Shown: positions 1 to 12,622 of the stretch, one piece after another
How positions within the stretch are numbered: the stretch's first letter is position 1
How the letters are laid out: each line of letters begins with the position of its first letter
Origin: Octopus bimaculoides
Lineage: Eukaryota
DNA: 64,000 bases
Direction of reading: 5' to 3'
Assembly (NCBI RefSeq): GCF_001194135.2
Contig: NC_068999.1
Location: 52,171,590 to 52,235,589, forward strand
The notes under the pieces: model-generated
Told to the model about the DNA's origin: nothing
Seen by the model: the letters and a program-made list of their open reading frames with translations, nothing else
The model's database searches: none
Position numbers and translations under genes: made by a program

Positions 1-770
1 CAGCAGTTTTGAATAAACGGCGTCAAGAACCATAAAATGACCACATGCAGTATGATGTCAAGTCCCTGTCACTATGCTTCGAGAAGGTTTTTTTTTTTTG
101 ATATTCATGAGAAGTAATTTGAGAATGGAATGATTGGCTGGATTAGTTAAAATAAATTCTCCCCAGCTCCTGTATTTTTTTCTCGTGTTTATAATAGTGT
201 TAGAGTGTATAAAAGATGTGAATTTTGTTCTATTTTGACGAAGGTCACCCATTTGAATGTTTGTGAAATGGTTCTTTCTGAGGGAGAAATAGAGCATGTT
301 TCTCACGACATTGGTTTTCACATGTTAGTTCCTCAACAGTTACGATAGGATTTTGTTCCACCAGGGTTTGCAGGATATCCTCATTGAGCTCTACAGATCT
401 TCCAGAATGAGGCTCATTTTCTAGGCTGTAGTTTCCAGCTCAGAATTTCTGGAACCACCACTGACACTGGCTTGTGCTTATTGACCAATCCCCATATCCT
501 GCATTAATATTCCTTGCACTTTCCGTTGTGTTGTTGCCTTTATTGAACTCATAAAGCAAAATATGCTGAATATACTCCTTTGTCATTTCCATTATAGCTT
601 TGAAAAATAACTGTTAAAATCAAACCTCACTCTTCAAAACTTGCACTAAGAAGAAGTACAAGGTAAAATTATTACCTGCTTTTCTAGCAAGTTGATGCAG
701 GTAGTTTATCCTGTCCCTCTCCGATTTTTAGTTCATGTAATTGAAATAACCACATTATTTATGGGATGAC

Positions 771-776
<6 letters not shown>
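1..776 (-). mobile_element. Decayed mariner (Tc1/mariner) transposon, 5' end with TIR and transposase N-terminus
   Basis: Minus strand from ATG at 592 reads MEMTKEYIQHILLYEFNKGNNTTESARNINAGYGDWSISTSQCQWWFQKF*AGNYSLENEPHSGRSVELNEDILQTLVEQNPIVTVEEL, a mariner paired-HTH pattern with one in-frame stop. TIR-like TATTGGGTCATCCCATAAATAATG ends at about 776 next to a TA run. A degenerate IVTG remnant lies near 60-90. Confidence 0.85.
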
Positions 777-806
<30 letters not shown>

Positions 807-829
807 GAAACATAGAAGCATTGAGTGGG

Positions 830-1340
830 NNNNNNNNNNNNNNNNNNNNNNNNNNNNNNNNNNNNNNNNNNNNNNNNNNNNNNNNNNNNNNNNNNNNNNN
901 NNNNNNNNNNNNNNNNNNNNNNNNNNNNNNNNNNNNNNNNNNNNNNNNNNNNNNNNNNNNNNNNNNNNNNNNNNNNNNNNNNNNNNNNNNNNNNNNNNNN
1001 NNNNNNNNNNNNNNNNNNNNNNNNNNNNNNNNNNNNNNNNNNNNNNNNNNNNNNNNNNNNNNNNNNNNNNNNNNNNNNNNNNNNNNNNNNNNNNNNNNNN
1101 NNNNNNNNNNNNNNNNNNNNNNNNNNNNNNNNNNNNNNNNNNNNNNNNNNNNNNNNNNNNNNNNNNNNNNNNNNNNNNNNNNNNNNNNNNNNNNNNNNNN
1201 NNNNNNNNNNNNNNNNNNNNNNNNNNNNNNNNNNNNNNNNNNNNNNNNNNNNNNNNNNNNNNNNNNNNNNNNNNNNNNNNNNNNNNNNNNNNNNNNNNNN
1301 NNNNNNNNNNNNNNNNNNNNNNNNNNNNNNNNNNNNNNNN
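830..1340. other. Assembly gap (N run); other gaps at 4153-4512, 22001-22556, 32644-33192, 33774-33783, 39516-39836, 58236-58550, 59803-59876
   Basis: N runs seen directly; several abut (TA)n microsatellites. Confidence 0.99.
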
Positions 1341-1796
1341 NTATATATATATATATATGTATAATCCATTTAAATACTGTAATATTGTATAACTTTGAAG
1401 TGAGTGACTTCAAAGTGATGCTGTATTAATTGAAAGACACTGATAAAACATCTAACAAAAAAAGAATTATACAACCAGTTTGGGTTCTTTGCTATAATAT
1501 ATAGTTCCAGTCAATTGGGAGACAATTCTTTAATGAGTTGCCTGGAATAGTCTTCATTATCAATATATCCAGGAAGTTGCTTCTTACTACTACTATTAGC
1601 ACCAATACTATTACTACCACCACCAGCACCACCGCTACCATCACTATCGGTTTATCTTTATCTTTTTACTTTTTTCAGTCATTAGACTGTGGCCATGCTG
1701 GGGCACCACCTTAAAGAGTTTCTTTTTTGCTGAATGAATCAACACCAGTACTTATTATTTTTTTGTGTGAAGCCTGATACTTGTATATACAAGTGG

Positions 1797-2083
1797 TTGT
1801 GTGCAGCTTATACACTCCTCTCCATACACTTTCTGCAACTTTGCATAGGCCTCTCAGCAGGTATTGCCATGACGACTTTTTCTGTCATGGTCAATGTGCC
1901 GATCACACACTACTCACCTTCCTTCCAAGCACTGCTGTAAACAGTGGAAGTGAGCTAGAATGTTAAAATTTAGTGCACATACACAACAGAGTTGACGGTC
2001 AATCTGTGCCAAGCAGCTTCACACTGTGTGCTTTAGCTTCGTTACTATAGCAACTGTCCGGATACTTATTGATCAGACTTAAT
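1797..2083 (-). mobile_element. Second mariner lineage, 5' fragment
   Basis: Minus strand 1868-1797 reads GNTC*EAYAKLQKVYGEECISCTQ (mariner N-terminal motif). TIR-like GTCTGATCAATAAGTATCCGGA at about 2057-2078. Confidence 0.75.
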
Positions 2084-2707
2084 ATATGCATATTTATATA
2101 TGTATGTGTCTGTACATATGCATGTGTTTTGCATGGGTGATTTCCAATTTTCTCTCATCTATGTGTGTATACTGACCATTAGCAAACATCTTCACTGTCA
2201 ATACAAGTAGTATTGTTCGCTTTCAGTCAACTGTGACTGTATGTTCATGCTTCTTGACATGTCACACAATCTTTATAAACGAAAACTCATTAAGCTGATG
2301 TTGTTCATTTCACTTCATTGTGTCCAGGCTGTTCTCTTTGTTACTCAATAAACTGGGGGGGGGGGAGATAATTATATCACTGGGACACAGGTGAGGATTG
2401 GCAAGAGGAAAGGCATCCAACTGGAGAAAAATCTGTGTCACCAAATTCCAGCTAATTCATACGAGCATGAAAAAAATGAAGTTAAAATGGTGATGCTGAT
2501 GATATACATGTATATATGCAATTGGTTTGTATGTGTGTATTTATACACACACACACACACACATATATATATAATTTAGAGAAAAAAACCACAATTATTT
2601 AATTCATCCATGAAAATTCACAATCACATATAGAAAAATTTAATTAGTAAATACACTAAAAAGACCTATAATAAAAATCAAAAAAGTACTAAGTAATAAA
2701 TATTAAC

Positions 2708-2816
2708 ATAGAAAATAAAATAAAAATCAAATCGATTCAAAATAAATTGATCGAAAATAGAATTGATTTTCGATCAATTTATTTTGAATCAATTTGATTT
2801 TTATTTTATTTTCTAT
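2708..2816. repeat. Near-perfect palindrome, 51-bp arms with 7-nt loop
   Basis: 2708-2758 is the reverse complement of 2766-2816 with 1 mismatch. Confidence 0.95.
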
Positions 2817-3719
2817 TTGAAAATATGGTTATGAAACATGTGTAGTCATTTTTACTATTTTAATATTTATTACTTTGTACTGAAATTGTTTGCACGGTTA
2901 GAAAATGTGAAAAACGCATCATATTTCTGGAATATCTTTTATTGAAATTAACATCATTGTGAGGGATGAGCATAGCACTGACTAAGTATTTCAAGCAGTT
3001 CATCTGGGTGAGCTGGTCTTTCGCACACTGACTCCCCATTCGACCCCTTGGCTATCATCAACCACCTGTTATTCCTTGCCAACTCCTAGGGGCTCCCTTG
3101 GATCCCTTTGGCAACCCCGGTTGTAAATGCATGTCATTCATTTCTAATATTCTGCAAAAGCATGTCTGGCTATGGGAAAATATTATGCTGCTTGTAAAGA
3201 GGTAAAGGTTGGTGACAGGAAAGGCATCTGGCTGAACTGTAGAATATCTGCCTCAATAGTCTCTCTCTGATCCATGCTAGCATGGAAAAGTGGTTATTAA
3301 AACAATAATAATGGTGATGATGAAGAACATTGCAGAAACATTTAGAATATCAAGAGTGAAATAATAATAATAATAAAAAAAAAGATTATTGAACAAACAG
3401 GCAAGTGTTTAGGAGAAATTTATTATGCATACAGTCTTTTCTCAATGGCTGCCAGCTGTTACATTATGAAGAAATTTGGTGGATCATTTCTGAGATGTCA
3501 GGGAGTCAATTTCTGAGTACATTCAGTTTTACTTATGGTTTATGGTAGTTCATTATGTTCATATTTCCTGCAATGAGAAAATTTAGACATTTAATAACAA
3601 TGAAAGAATGGTGACAGCTATCAACTTTTTCAAAGCACATGACTAGATAATTTGTAGTATCTATAAACGTATGTATGTTTGTATATATGTACGTGTGTGT
3701 GTGTGTGTACATATATATT

Positions 3720-4130
3720 TATATCTTTTATGCTTTATCTTTTACTTGTTTCAGTCAGTTGACTGCGGACATGCTGGAACACTGCCTTGAAGGGTTTTTA
3801 GAAAAATATATTAATCCCAGGACTTTTCTTTAAAGCCTGATATTTATTCTATCAGTCTCTTTTTACAAACTGCTAAGTCACAAGAATGTAAACACACCAA
3901 CACCAATTGTCAAGTGGTGGTGAGGGACAAACAAAGACACAAAAACACATACACATAAATATATATACATATATATGACAGGCTTCTTTCAGTTTCCGTC
4001 TACCAAATCCAGTCATAAGGCTTTGGTCAGTTTAAGGCTATAATTGAAGACATTTGCCCAAGGTGCTATGCAGTGGGACTGAACCCGGAACCATGAGGTT
4101 GGGAAGCAAGCCTCTCATCATGCAGCCACA
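3720..4130 (-). mobile_element. SINE family B (my label; tRNA-derived, CORE-like)
   Basis: Reverse complement of GGCTGTGTGGTAAGAAGCTTGCTTCCCAACC...GGTTCAGTCCCACTG...GGGCAAGTGTCTTC head plus shared 3' tail; many copies in the window. Confidence 0.8.
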
Positions 4131-4695
4131 CCTGGACTATATATATATATATNNNNNNNNNNNNNNNNNNNNNNNNNNNNNNNNNNNNNNNNNNNNNNNN
4201 NNNNNNNNNNNNNNNNNNNNNNNNNNNNNNNNNNNNNNNNNNNNNNNNNNNNNNNNNNNNNNNNNNNNNNNNNNNNNNNNNNNNNNNNNNNNNNNNNNNN
4301 NNNNNNNNNNNNNNNNNNNNNNNNNNNNNNNNNNNNNNNNNNNNNNNNNNNNNNNNNNNNNNNNNNNNNNNNNNNNNNNNNNNNNNNNNNNNNNNNNNNN
4401 NNNNNNNNNNNNNNNNNNNNNNNNNNNNNNNNNNNNNNNNNNNNNNNNNNNNNNNNNNNNNNNNNNNNNNNNNNNNNNNNNNNNNNNNNNNNNNNNNNNN
4501 NNNNNNNNNNNNACAAAATTGGTAGAACTAAGCCTCGCATAAATTAATCATGTAGACTATGAAAAAATGTAATCTTTATTTCAACATTAAAAACAAACTA
4601 ACATTTGTTAATAAGTGCTTTGAAATTGCTTGCTAAAATTGATTCAATTTGAAACACTTTTAGAAAAATGTTAAGGCATCACAGAAATTAAAATT

Positions 4696-4739
4696 CTAAT
4701 CGATATCCTCGTCAGCAAAATTTTGAAAGCAGGAAGCAA
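4696..4739 (-). CDS. Candidate terminal coding exon of a minus-strand gene (IASCFQNFADEDID*)
   Basis: T-rich acceptor ttttgtttttgtttttgttttcag, 86-nt intron to the exon at 4826-4877, stop at 4698-4696, AATAAA on the minus strand at 4580-4575. Confidence 0.4.
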
Positions 4740-4825
4740 CTGAAAACAAAAACAAAAACAAAATGTTCAAAAAAATATAACACCATAAAGTAAAATATAT
4801 TCCAATTTCAACAGTGAATACTCAC

Positions 4826-4877
4826 TATAATCAAGGTGTTTCATTTGTTGAACCAGGAGAATTCGTAGAATAATTAC
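4826..4877 (-). CDS. Candidate minus-strand exon (VIILRILLVQQMKHLDY, phase 0 to 1)
   Basis: Acceptor ctctctctgtatattttccag and donor GTGAGT. Confidence 0.42.
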
Positions 4878-6074
4878 CTGGAAAATATACAGAGAGAGCT
4901 ATAATAAAGCTGAAACACATTTATGATCCAACATACACAACACATGCAGTTTGAATTCTCATAAGTGCTGTACAATAGCAATATGTAAATTTGTGTTGGC
5001 ATATTTAATGTAAGAGAGCATTAAAATGCTAACTAAAGATAATTATGAGATGAGAGAAAAACGATATTAGAGAATGACTAATATTATCTGCATTTTCCAA
5101 GTAAATATGGGAGACAACTTTGAATACAGTTTGTAATTATTCCGACCTCCTCTGAAAACAATAACCTTTACCATAGTTACTGTGAAGTAGCAATGTATTA
5201 ATTACTAAATAAATGTGTAAGATCGTAAATTTGGTTGGCATAGGAAAATAGAAATTGCTTGGATATCAAATAATTAAGAGATGCCATCTAGGTAAAAATG
5301 GAAGCACGTAACTTACGCGTTAAAATTTTGGACTCATGATTGTAAGTTTGTGGTTCTGATTCCTGGATCGGGCAAATACATTGTGTTCTTGTGAAAGTGG
5401 AGCGATGCGAAATAAAGTGTCTTGGTCAAGAATACAACATGCAACCAGGTCTGGGAATCGAACTCACAACCTCACGATCATAAGCTCAACACTCTAACCA
5501 CTGAGCCAATAGCCTTCACACATACATATATATATATACATACATACATATATGTTTAACAGACGTTACTCTCATCGCACTTACAGTGAATACAAGTACT
5601 TTTTGTGCTTATACAATACATTCTCTCACTGCCTGCATGCATGTGTATGTGTGTGCATGGATATATGTGTGTGTGTGTACACCAACACCAAGGCGGTGCT
5701 TCAGCATGGCCACAGTCTAATGACTAAAAGAAGTGAAAGATACACATCCAACTACATATTTATTATTATTATATTGTACTGTATTGTATTATATTAAATC
5801 ATATTATATTATATTATACTGACGTTCTCTAGTTGGAGCAACAATGCAGATTTCCCCTACCCCATCCCCCTCTTATTCGTTCTCCCTCTCCATCTCTCTC
5901 ACTCTTAGTTTAGATATAGGTCAATAACAATTAGAAAAAGTTAGTGTTATCTCTATTTTATATCTAGGTTAAACATTCCATAATCTTGCCTGTACTCCAG
6001 TAACATCATACCTTTAACTTCATGTTAGATTTAGTAAAACAAAAAATGATTCAAATAAAGCAAAGTAAATTATT

Positions 6075-6185
6075 GAGATAGATAGACAGATATATCGATA
6101 GATCGATAGATAGATAGATAACTTTCTTTATTGGCCACACAGGGCTGAGAGATAGATAGATGCATAGACAGACCGATAAATAGAT
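6075..6185. repeat. Degenerate (GATA)n microsatellite
   Basis: gatagatagacagat... repeats, interrupted by a short SINE-tail fragment. Confidence 0.85.
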
Positions 6186-6207
6186 AGTCGTCTACGTTCA
6201 AGCTTAG

Positions 6208-6320
6208 GCGAAGGTAAAGAATACGCACACCACCCGATTTCGGCGTTTAGTGTTAGAGTTAGGGTTACATTTATGAGGGTTACGCCGAAAACGGGTGGTG
6301 TGCGTATTCTTTACCTCCGC
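6208..6320. mobile_element. Hairpin/MITE-like element, 39-bp inverted arms around a telomere-like spacer
   Basis: 6208-6246 vs 6282-6320 are reverse complements (2 mismatches). Spacer starts ttagtg ttagag ttaggg tta. Confidence 0.75.
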
Positions 6321-6323
6321 TCA

Positions 6324-6628
6324 GGCGTGGCTGTGTGGTTAGAAGCTTGCTCCCCAACCAGACGTTTCCAGGTTCAGTCCCACTGCGTGGCATCTTGGGC
6401 AGGTGTCTTCTACTATACCCTCGAGACGACCAAAGCCTTGTGAGTAGTTTTGGTAGACGGAAACTGATAGAATCTCGTCATATATATGTGTGTGTGTATC
6501 CTTGTATCTGTATTTGTCTCCCACCAGCGTATGGCAACCAGTGTTGGTGTGTTTACGTTCCGCATAACTTAGCGGTACGGCAAAAGATAACCCGATGGAA
6601 TAAGTACTAGGCTTAAAAGAATAAGCCC
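6324..6628 (+). mobile_element. SINE family B copy
   Basis: GGCGTGGCTGTGTGGTTAGAAGCTTGC head, GGTTCAGTCCCACTGCGTGGC B-box-like motif, shared tail. Confidence 0.85.
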
Positions 6629-6651
6629 TCAATTTTTTTTTTCAGTCCTAC

Positions 6652-6690
6652 CCTGACACAATTGTAATCTACATCACCTGAAAGGTATCT
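6652..6690 (-). CDS. Candidate minus-strand exon (RYLSGDVDYNCVR, phase 0-0)
   Basis: Acceptor ttattttttatgaacttttccag and donor GTAGGA; only the phase-0 frame is open. Confidence 0.4.
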
Positions 6691-7042
6691 CTGGAAAAGT
6701 TCATAAAAAAATAAGTATTTTTTAAAAGAAAGTTATGAGGAAACAAAGTCTAGGCCTTCTGTATAGTTTTCGCTTGTTAAATTTCGCTTACAAAGTATTT
6801 ATTGGTCAACTAAACACTTACTCAAAAGTGCCACGCGATGGGACTGAACCTGAAACCGCGTGGTTGTCAAGAGAGCTTGTTAACCACACAGCCATGCCTA
6901 TGTGAGATGTTGATAATTTAAAACTGAACGCAAGATACAAAATAGCGCGAATTTTAGAAATACTGACGAAGTTGTTTAGCCACAAGTCAACCCCGATCGA
7001 ACCGACAGATCCATGATCAAAAGTATTCTTGCAATGGCTAAC

Positions 7043-7108
7043 CTGCTTCTTTTTTTTTTCTTCTTTTTCAGACACATCCTTATCCAATGTTTTCTTTGAC
7101 TGCTGTTT
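7043..7108 (-). CDS. Candidate minus-strand exon (KQQSKKTLDKDVSEKEEKKKKQ, phase 0-0)
   Basis: Acceptor tcgcttgttaggtag and donor CAG|GTTAGC; 66 nt open. Confidence 0.38.
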
Positions 7109-7358
7109 CTACCTAACAAGCGACCACATGTCTCTTTCATTGGCTTATAGTTGTCATTAATTACATAGCCGTTGTCATTTTAAAGAGCCTATCCATCTCC
7201 ATTATGGCTACCACCATAAAATAGAAACACTATTAAATAGCAGCTAGTTATCTTTAAAAATGAATAGTAAATTGGATAAAAAAAAAGGCGGATAGTCACG
7301 GCTGGGGTATCTGACTCAAATTTATTATATGCTGGACCAGGTTGACATGAATCTAAAT

Positions 7359-7679
7359 GGCACTCCGTTGGTTACGACGATGAGGGTTCCAGCCGATCCG
7401 ATCAATGGAAAAGCTTGCAAGTGAAATTAACATGCAAGTGGTTGAGCACGTCACAGACATGCGTACCCTTAACGTAGTCCTCAGGGAGATTCAGCGTGAT
7501 AAAGAATATGACAAGGCTGGCCCTTTTGAAACACAGGTACTACTCATTTCTGCCAGTTGAACCTATTGGAGCAACGTGAAATAAAGTGTCTTAGTCAAGG
7601 ACACAATGCGCCGCCAGAACTCGAACACAAATCTTTATGATCGTAAGCCGAATACCCTAGCCACTAAGCCACGCGCCTT
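7359..7679 (-). mobile_element. SINE family C (my label; tRNA-like head, TCCTTGA..AAGACACT core)
   Basis: Reverse complement gives AAGGCGCGTGGCTTAGTGGCTAGGGTATTCGG head. Body matches copies at 37307-37529, 48830-48960 and 52579-52952. Confidence 0.85.
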
Positions 7680-8909
7680 TACTAATTATGACTGCGATAG
7701 CGAAGAAGTCTCTACATGTCCCGTCGACCAGCTGGAAATAACAACCAAATCTCTATCAAATTTTATACTGCCGTCTTAAAAGGGGTGGTCTAATGGGCAA
7801 CTGTGGTCGCAGGTAGAAGCTGGGACGTCTTCGATTATACCTCTTGCTTGATCAGGGCTAAACAACAACGCCCTCATTATCATGATTTCCCCTATCAATA
7901 ACATAATAATCATTTTTAGCCAACATTACTACAACCATTACGATTAACAACAAGCCAATGAGGAAGTCTCTAGGTGGTTACTCGAACGCTAGAAACAACA
8001 GCCAAAACCTCTCTTTACTTCATACTTTACCGTTTTTGAAAAGAAAACATTGATAGTGTTGTGCAAGGTATATATTACCCGAAATAAAGTCGGGATGTTC
8101 ATAGTTGGACTGCCTTTGGTCATAGATCTGTTTAATCAAGGCCAACTTGATGGAGGTTGAACATCAACGATGAATTCTATTCCTCATCACTATCGTCTTC
8201 ATCGGTAGTTTCAACAGACATAATCAACATGATCATCACCATCGTCATCATTTACCTATTTTCCAAGCCCATGGCCATCCTCTGTTGAGGCATTTTCCAG
8301 TCTCTTATACTCTCCCTATTCTCGTCATACACCACCTGGTGATGGATTTCACATCGACCGCATGTGTGTGTGTGTGTGTGGTTGAGAACCATTGGAAAAG
8401 CTGAAATAAATAAAGCCATTAATTCAAGCAGAAAAGAAAAGTTTATAGGCCCTATAATAGCCAATGTTGATTTATGTGATAGTATAGGATGTAAAGATCA
8501 ACAACGTTCCATTAGTTTGGTGTTTAACCATACTGCAGTTCCAGCTAGGACCATCCTTTCATTTTATGTATATCTTACACTGTCGAATGTGACCTGGTTT
8601 CTTTTTTTTTTTTTTTCTCTTTTCTTTTTACGACGATAGGAGGATATAAGGATGTGATAAGAGGAAGATTTGGCTGCTGTTTCGACCACATAGAGACTCC
8701 CTTTCTAGCTTGACATTTTGTTTTCTAAAGTTCACAGTTTTCTTTTATTCCTCCCAAAGTTTTCAAGAACCAAGCAAACATGTTAAACATTTTCAAAATA
8801 TAAAGTGATGAACAGAAAATATTCTTTAGTAATTAGTAAATCTTGAATGTAATTTACGGTTCATATTTTATGATATACAGATTCTCAATCACATCAGTCT
8901 TCTTCGCCT

Positions 8910-9230
8910 GGTCCTGGTAGTTTGCTTAAGAAGTTCGTTTCGCAACCTCGTGGATTCAGGTTCCCTTCTACCGCTGGTATCTCGGTCTTCTAATATATAA
9001 CCTTGGACCGGTTATTATATTGTGAGTGAATTTGCTAGAAGGAAACAGCGAAAGATCGCCCCACGCGCGTTTCTCCTCGCTTGACAACAAGTATTGGTGC
9101 TCATGCCCACATTAACTAGCAGTTCGACTAAAAGACCAATAAAGTACCAGGTTTAAATATAAATTCTGGGGTTGATTAGGTCGACCAAACACCTCCAGCC
9201 GGTGATGCCCCAGTATGACTGCAGTCCAAC
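8910..9230 (+). mobile_element. Diverged SINE family B copy
   Basis: Degenerate head and tail similar to 6324-6628. Confidence 0.65.
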
Positions 9231-10080
9231 GGCTGATCTGAATTAGCTGTTAAATTTTCTGAACTGATTATATTCACTTTGATTTGAGTAACATGTTTCA
9301 ATTAAAATCAAATACGTGAAAATTGTTGTTTCCAATTATTAAAATATCCATGATTTAGGTATAAATTTACTTGTTTTTACTAAGATACATTAATATATAT
9401 TTCAAAATAGATCTTTTGCCAAACATATACAACAAAAGATGAAAGATGTTTTCGAAAAAAAAAAAATTAGTTGGCAAATATAAGATTCTAAGATACAGTT
9501 TAGGCAATATCTAGAATCATTAAATCGATTTCTTTATTATCGTGTGTAGTTGGGAGGAGGGGGAGCGACATGTGGTAAGAAAAGACAGTTCTCTGTTACC
9601 ATATCTTAAGTCTACAGTTATAAGAGTAAATAAACAGATAGTATTTCGATTTTTATTTTAGAAATTCTTTTACATTGGATTCGGTCTGCTAGTTTGGTCT
9701 ACAAAATTTTTTTTTTTTTTGAAAAGCATTGCCATCTGACATATTTAAAGGAGGCTGAAAATAAAGTACTGGGGTCGAATCATTCAACAAAAGGTACTTC
9801 AAGGCTGTGTCCCAGCATGACCGCAGTCTAATGACTGAAACAAGTAAAAGGTAAAAGATAGATATTGTATTTATTGAAGCATAGTGCAGGGTAACAAAAT
9901 TAATAAGTTTTCCTCCTGCTAGCGTGTTTGCAGGCGGGACAGAAACCTACATCTTATTACTCAACTACGACCAGAACCATCTTAGCAGTATTATGGGACC
10001 CCTGGTAAAGTATTGCACTAGGGCTCTTTCATAGCACACAGATTATCTTAGGGACCCGACGGTTCTAACTGCGATATAAG

Positions 10081-10212
10081 TGTATGTGTGTGTGTGTGTG
10101 TGTATTAAACAACAAAGGAAATTGAAAGAAGACTGGACAATACAAAACTATCTGTAAAGTTCATAAAAACAAGCAGACACGCACATATACATGTATATAC
10201 ACATATATATGT

Positions 10213-10275
<63 letters not shown>
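10081..10275. repeat. (TG)n and long (TA)n microsatellites
   Basis: Seen directly; similar tracts at 11915-11965, 13095-13145, 23985-24030, 39480-39868, 58180-58235. Confidence 0.95.
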
Positions 10276-10278
<3 letters not shown>

Positions 10279-11909
10279 TAAACCTACATACAGACTCTTC
10301 ATTTGGTTTTACCGAAGAACCATTATATTCTGTTAGCGATCGATTATTTTAATTTCAATTTTTTTTTGCTTATAAAAATTTTCTAAAAATAATAAAACTT
10401 TAAATTCTGTAAGCATGTTATTTAAGTGATATATGTCCACAGATATAAGTTCATATAAATTATAGTGTTTAGTATTTAAAAATAGACACAACTTCGATTC
10501 GTTGTTTTGTTTTCCCTTGAGAAATAAAGTTTGTTAGCAATTGTGCGGTGTCACCTACAATTTAAACATGCTTCTGAAAACACTAATGACTTCTACACTT
10601 TCTGCACGTTAATTCAACCTAGTGTGCTGTCTACAATATTTGTTATAATACTTCCTCCAAATGATGAAAATCTCGGACAATAAACAAGCCTCTCTATATT
10701 ATTAATTTCATAAATAGACACAATGATCTTAGACTTGTTTTTAATGTTAGAGATGGAAGAAATATTGGAAGCTGTGGTGTTCATAGCTTTCCTAAAAATA
10801 TTTAATTGTATAAAAGAAATGAAACAACTATATCCAGGAATCGAAACTTCGTCCCGAATTCGGCTGGTCAGGAGCTTAAACTTTTAAGAGGATGGATCAG
10901 TTTGTTTACATAGGCTTCAAACTCTAGGCTAAATTGTGAGATTTATGGTTTTGTTTAATTTTTTTTTTAACCAGACGATTAACTTGGAAAATGGGTAACA
11001 AAACCAGGTCGAAGATTTACCGATCTATCGAACGACAAAAACGAGAAGTAATATATTAATTTAATGTGATTTAGTTTTTATTTTCTGATAATCGTAGTTA
11101 TAAGGTAACATTAAACACTTTAGAGAGAACAACATATAGCTTTTTAGAATTATGTTCTTTCGATAATATATTAACGTTACTCTTGATAGTGAGAGGGCGT
11201 GTTAAAAAAAAATCCATGTTACCACGTGGTACCAAATTAACAAATCTTTGCGAGCAGAAAATTATTTTGCTTTTCTTTTCATTAAGTAACTCGAAAACCT
11301 AAGTTTATTTTTTGTTAATTTGTATTTTATTATTACAAATTTATTATTGTCTCGTATACATAGTGTAATACTTTTAAATTTTACTTATTATTGACCGTTT
11401 TATTTTACACAACGAAATCATAGGAAAGTCATGAACTTAACAAGAAATAGTTTGTCCTCCCTTTGAGATAGAGAACACAAACGCGATATTTATTCAACCG
11501 AAATCAATTTTATGTGTTTATATATTCTAGTTAGTGCCCTAAAAGTAGCCTCTGGTAAAACCGACCCGAATCTACAGTCCGATCTCGATTCTCATTGTAG
11601 CTATTTCATTTTTAATTACCTTACCAATAAGACAGGAAAGCATGAAAACTACAGAATTGACTATAACTCAAAGATCATGTACAAGAAACTTTATGAATGT
11701 CTCTGAAAGTTGTTGTCATTCGAAAATAAGCCAATATTAAATATGTCTGTTTATAATAAACAATTTTCCGTTGATTAGTAGCAATATATATTCATAATTA
11801 AATTGCACAAACCCATAATATTCTATGCAGGTTAATAATATGCTTAACACAGATTAACTAGAGTTTGTTAAATAAATCGCGTTGAAACTATTCTATAGGC
11901 ACTGTAGCA

Positions 11910-11964
<55 letters not shown>

Positions 11965-12414
11965 TATATGCAGATATAAACGCACATACGTGTGTGTAAT
12001 TGCATATATGTATATATACATATATAATGTATGTATGTATGTAGACACACATATAGGTAAATAGCGAAGCAATTAAATAAACTCAGTTTACATATACGTG
12101 TGTGCTATACTAGCCACGAAAATCTTTCATATAAACTATATTTTATTTGACATCTATACAAAAACAAGTATAATTTAAAACTACAACTCGCGAATCCTGA
12201 TAAGGTAAAGATATTGATTGAACAAAAAAAAGACATTGACAGATAATTGTGTTGCTCAAGGTAGGAAATATTTCCTTGTTCTCAAGCCGTGTGCTTGCTA
12301 CAAAGAGAATTGATGAACCTTAGAAGAGGACGGGTGTCAAAGAATTTATTGTTCCCATTTATTTCGAAATTGTGAAGAATTTAGATAAAATACATTCTTT
12401 GGGGTGGTATTTTA

Positions 12415-12622
12415 AAGGCGGTGAGCTGGCAGAATCGTTAGCACGCCGGCCAAAATGTTTAGCGGCATTCCACTGTCTTCGTGTTCCGAGTTGAAATTCC
12501 ATCGAGATCGTTGACTTCGCCTTTCATCCTTTCGGGGATGATGAGATAAGTACCAGTTGTATACTGAGGTCGATGTAATCGACTAGCCCGCTCCCCCAAA
12601 TTTTAGGCTTTGTGCCTATAGT
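12415..12622 (+). mobile_element. SINE family A (my label; tRNA-derived, GCCTTTCATCCTTTCGGGG core)
   Basis: AAGGCGGTGAGCTGGCAGAATCGTTAG head and conserved core; homologous to 22810-23022. Confidence 0.88.

Noticed and set aside
755-1429. Long ORFs spanning N runs (also at 4054-4542, 21916-22729, 32611-33279, 39416-40051, 58119-58621)
   Set aside because: They consist of X residues over assembly gaps plus (TA)n-derived IYIY; artefacts.
8256-8400. Possible minus-strand exon (VVYDENRESIRDWKMPQQRMAMGLENR, donor AG|GTAAAT)
   Set aside because: Weak acceptor or a microsatellite inside the exon, and its phase-2 end does not join the downstream candidate exons in frame; could be TE debris.
10619-10791. 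Minus-strand 55-codon frame MNTTASNISSISN... with acceptor and AG|GTTGAA donor
   Set aside because: Length within the chance range for this window, weak donor, and phase 1 does not fit the main exon chain; mentioned only as an unresolved candidate.
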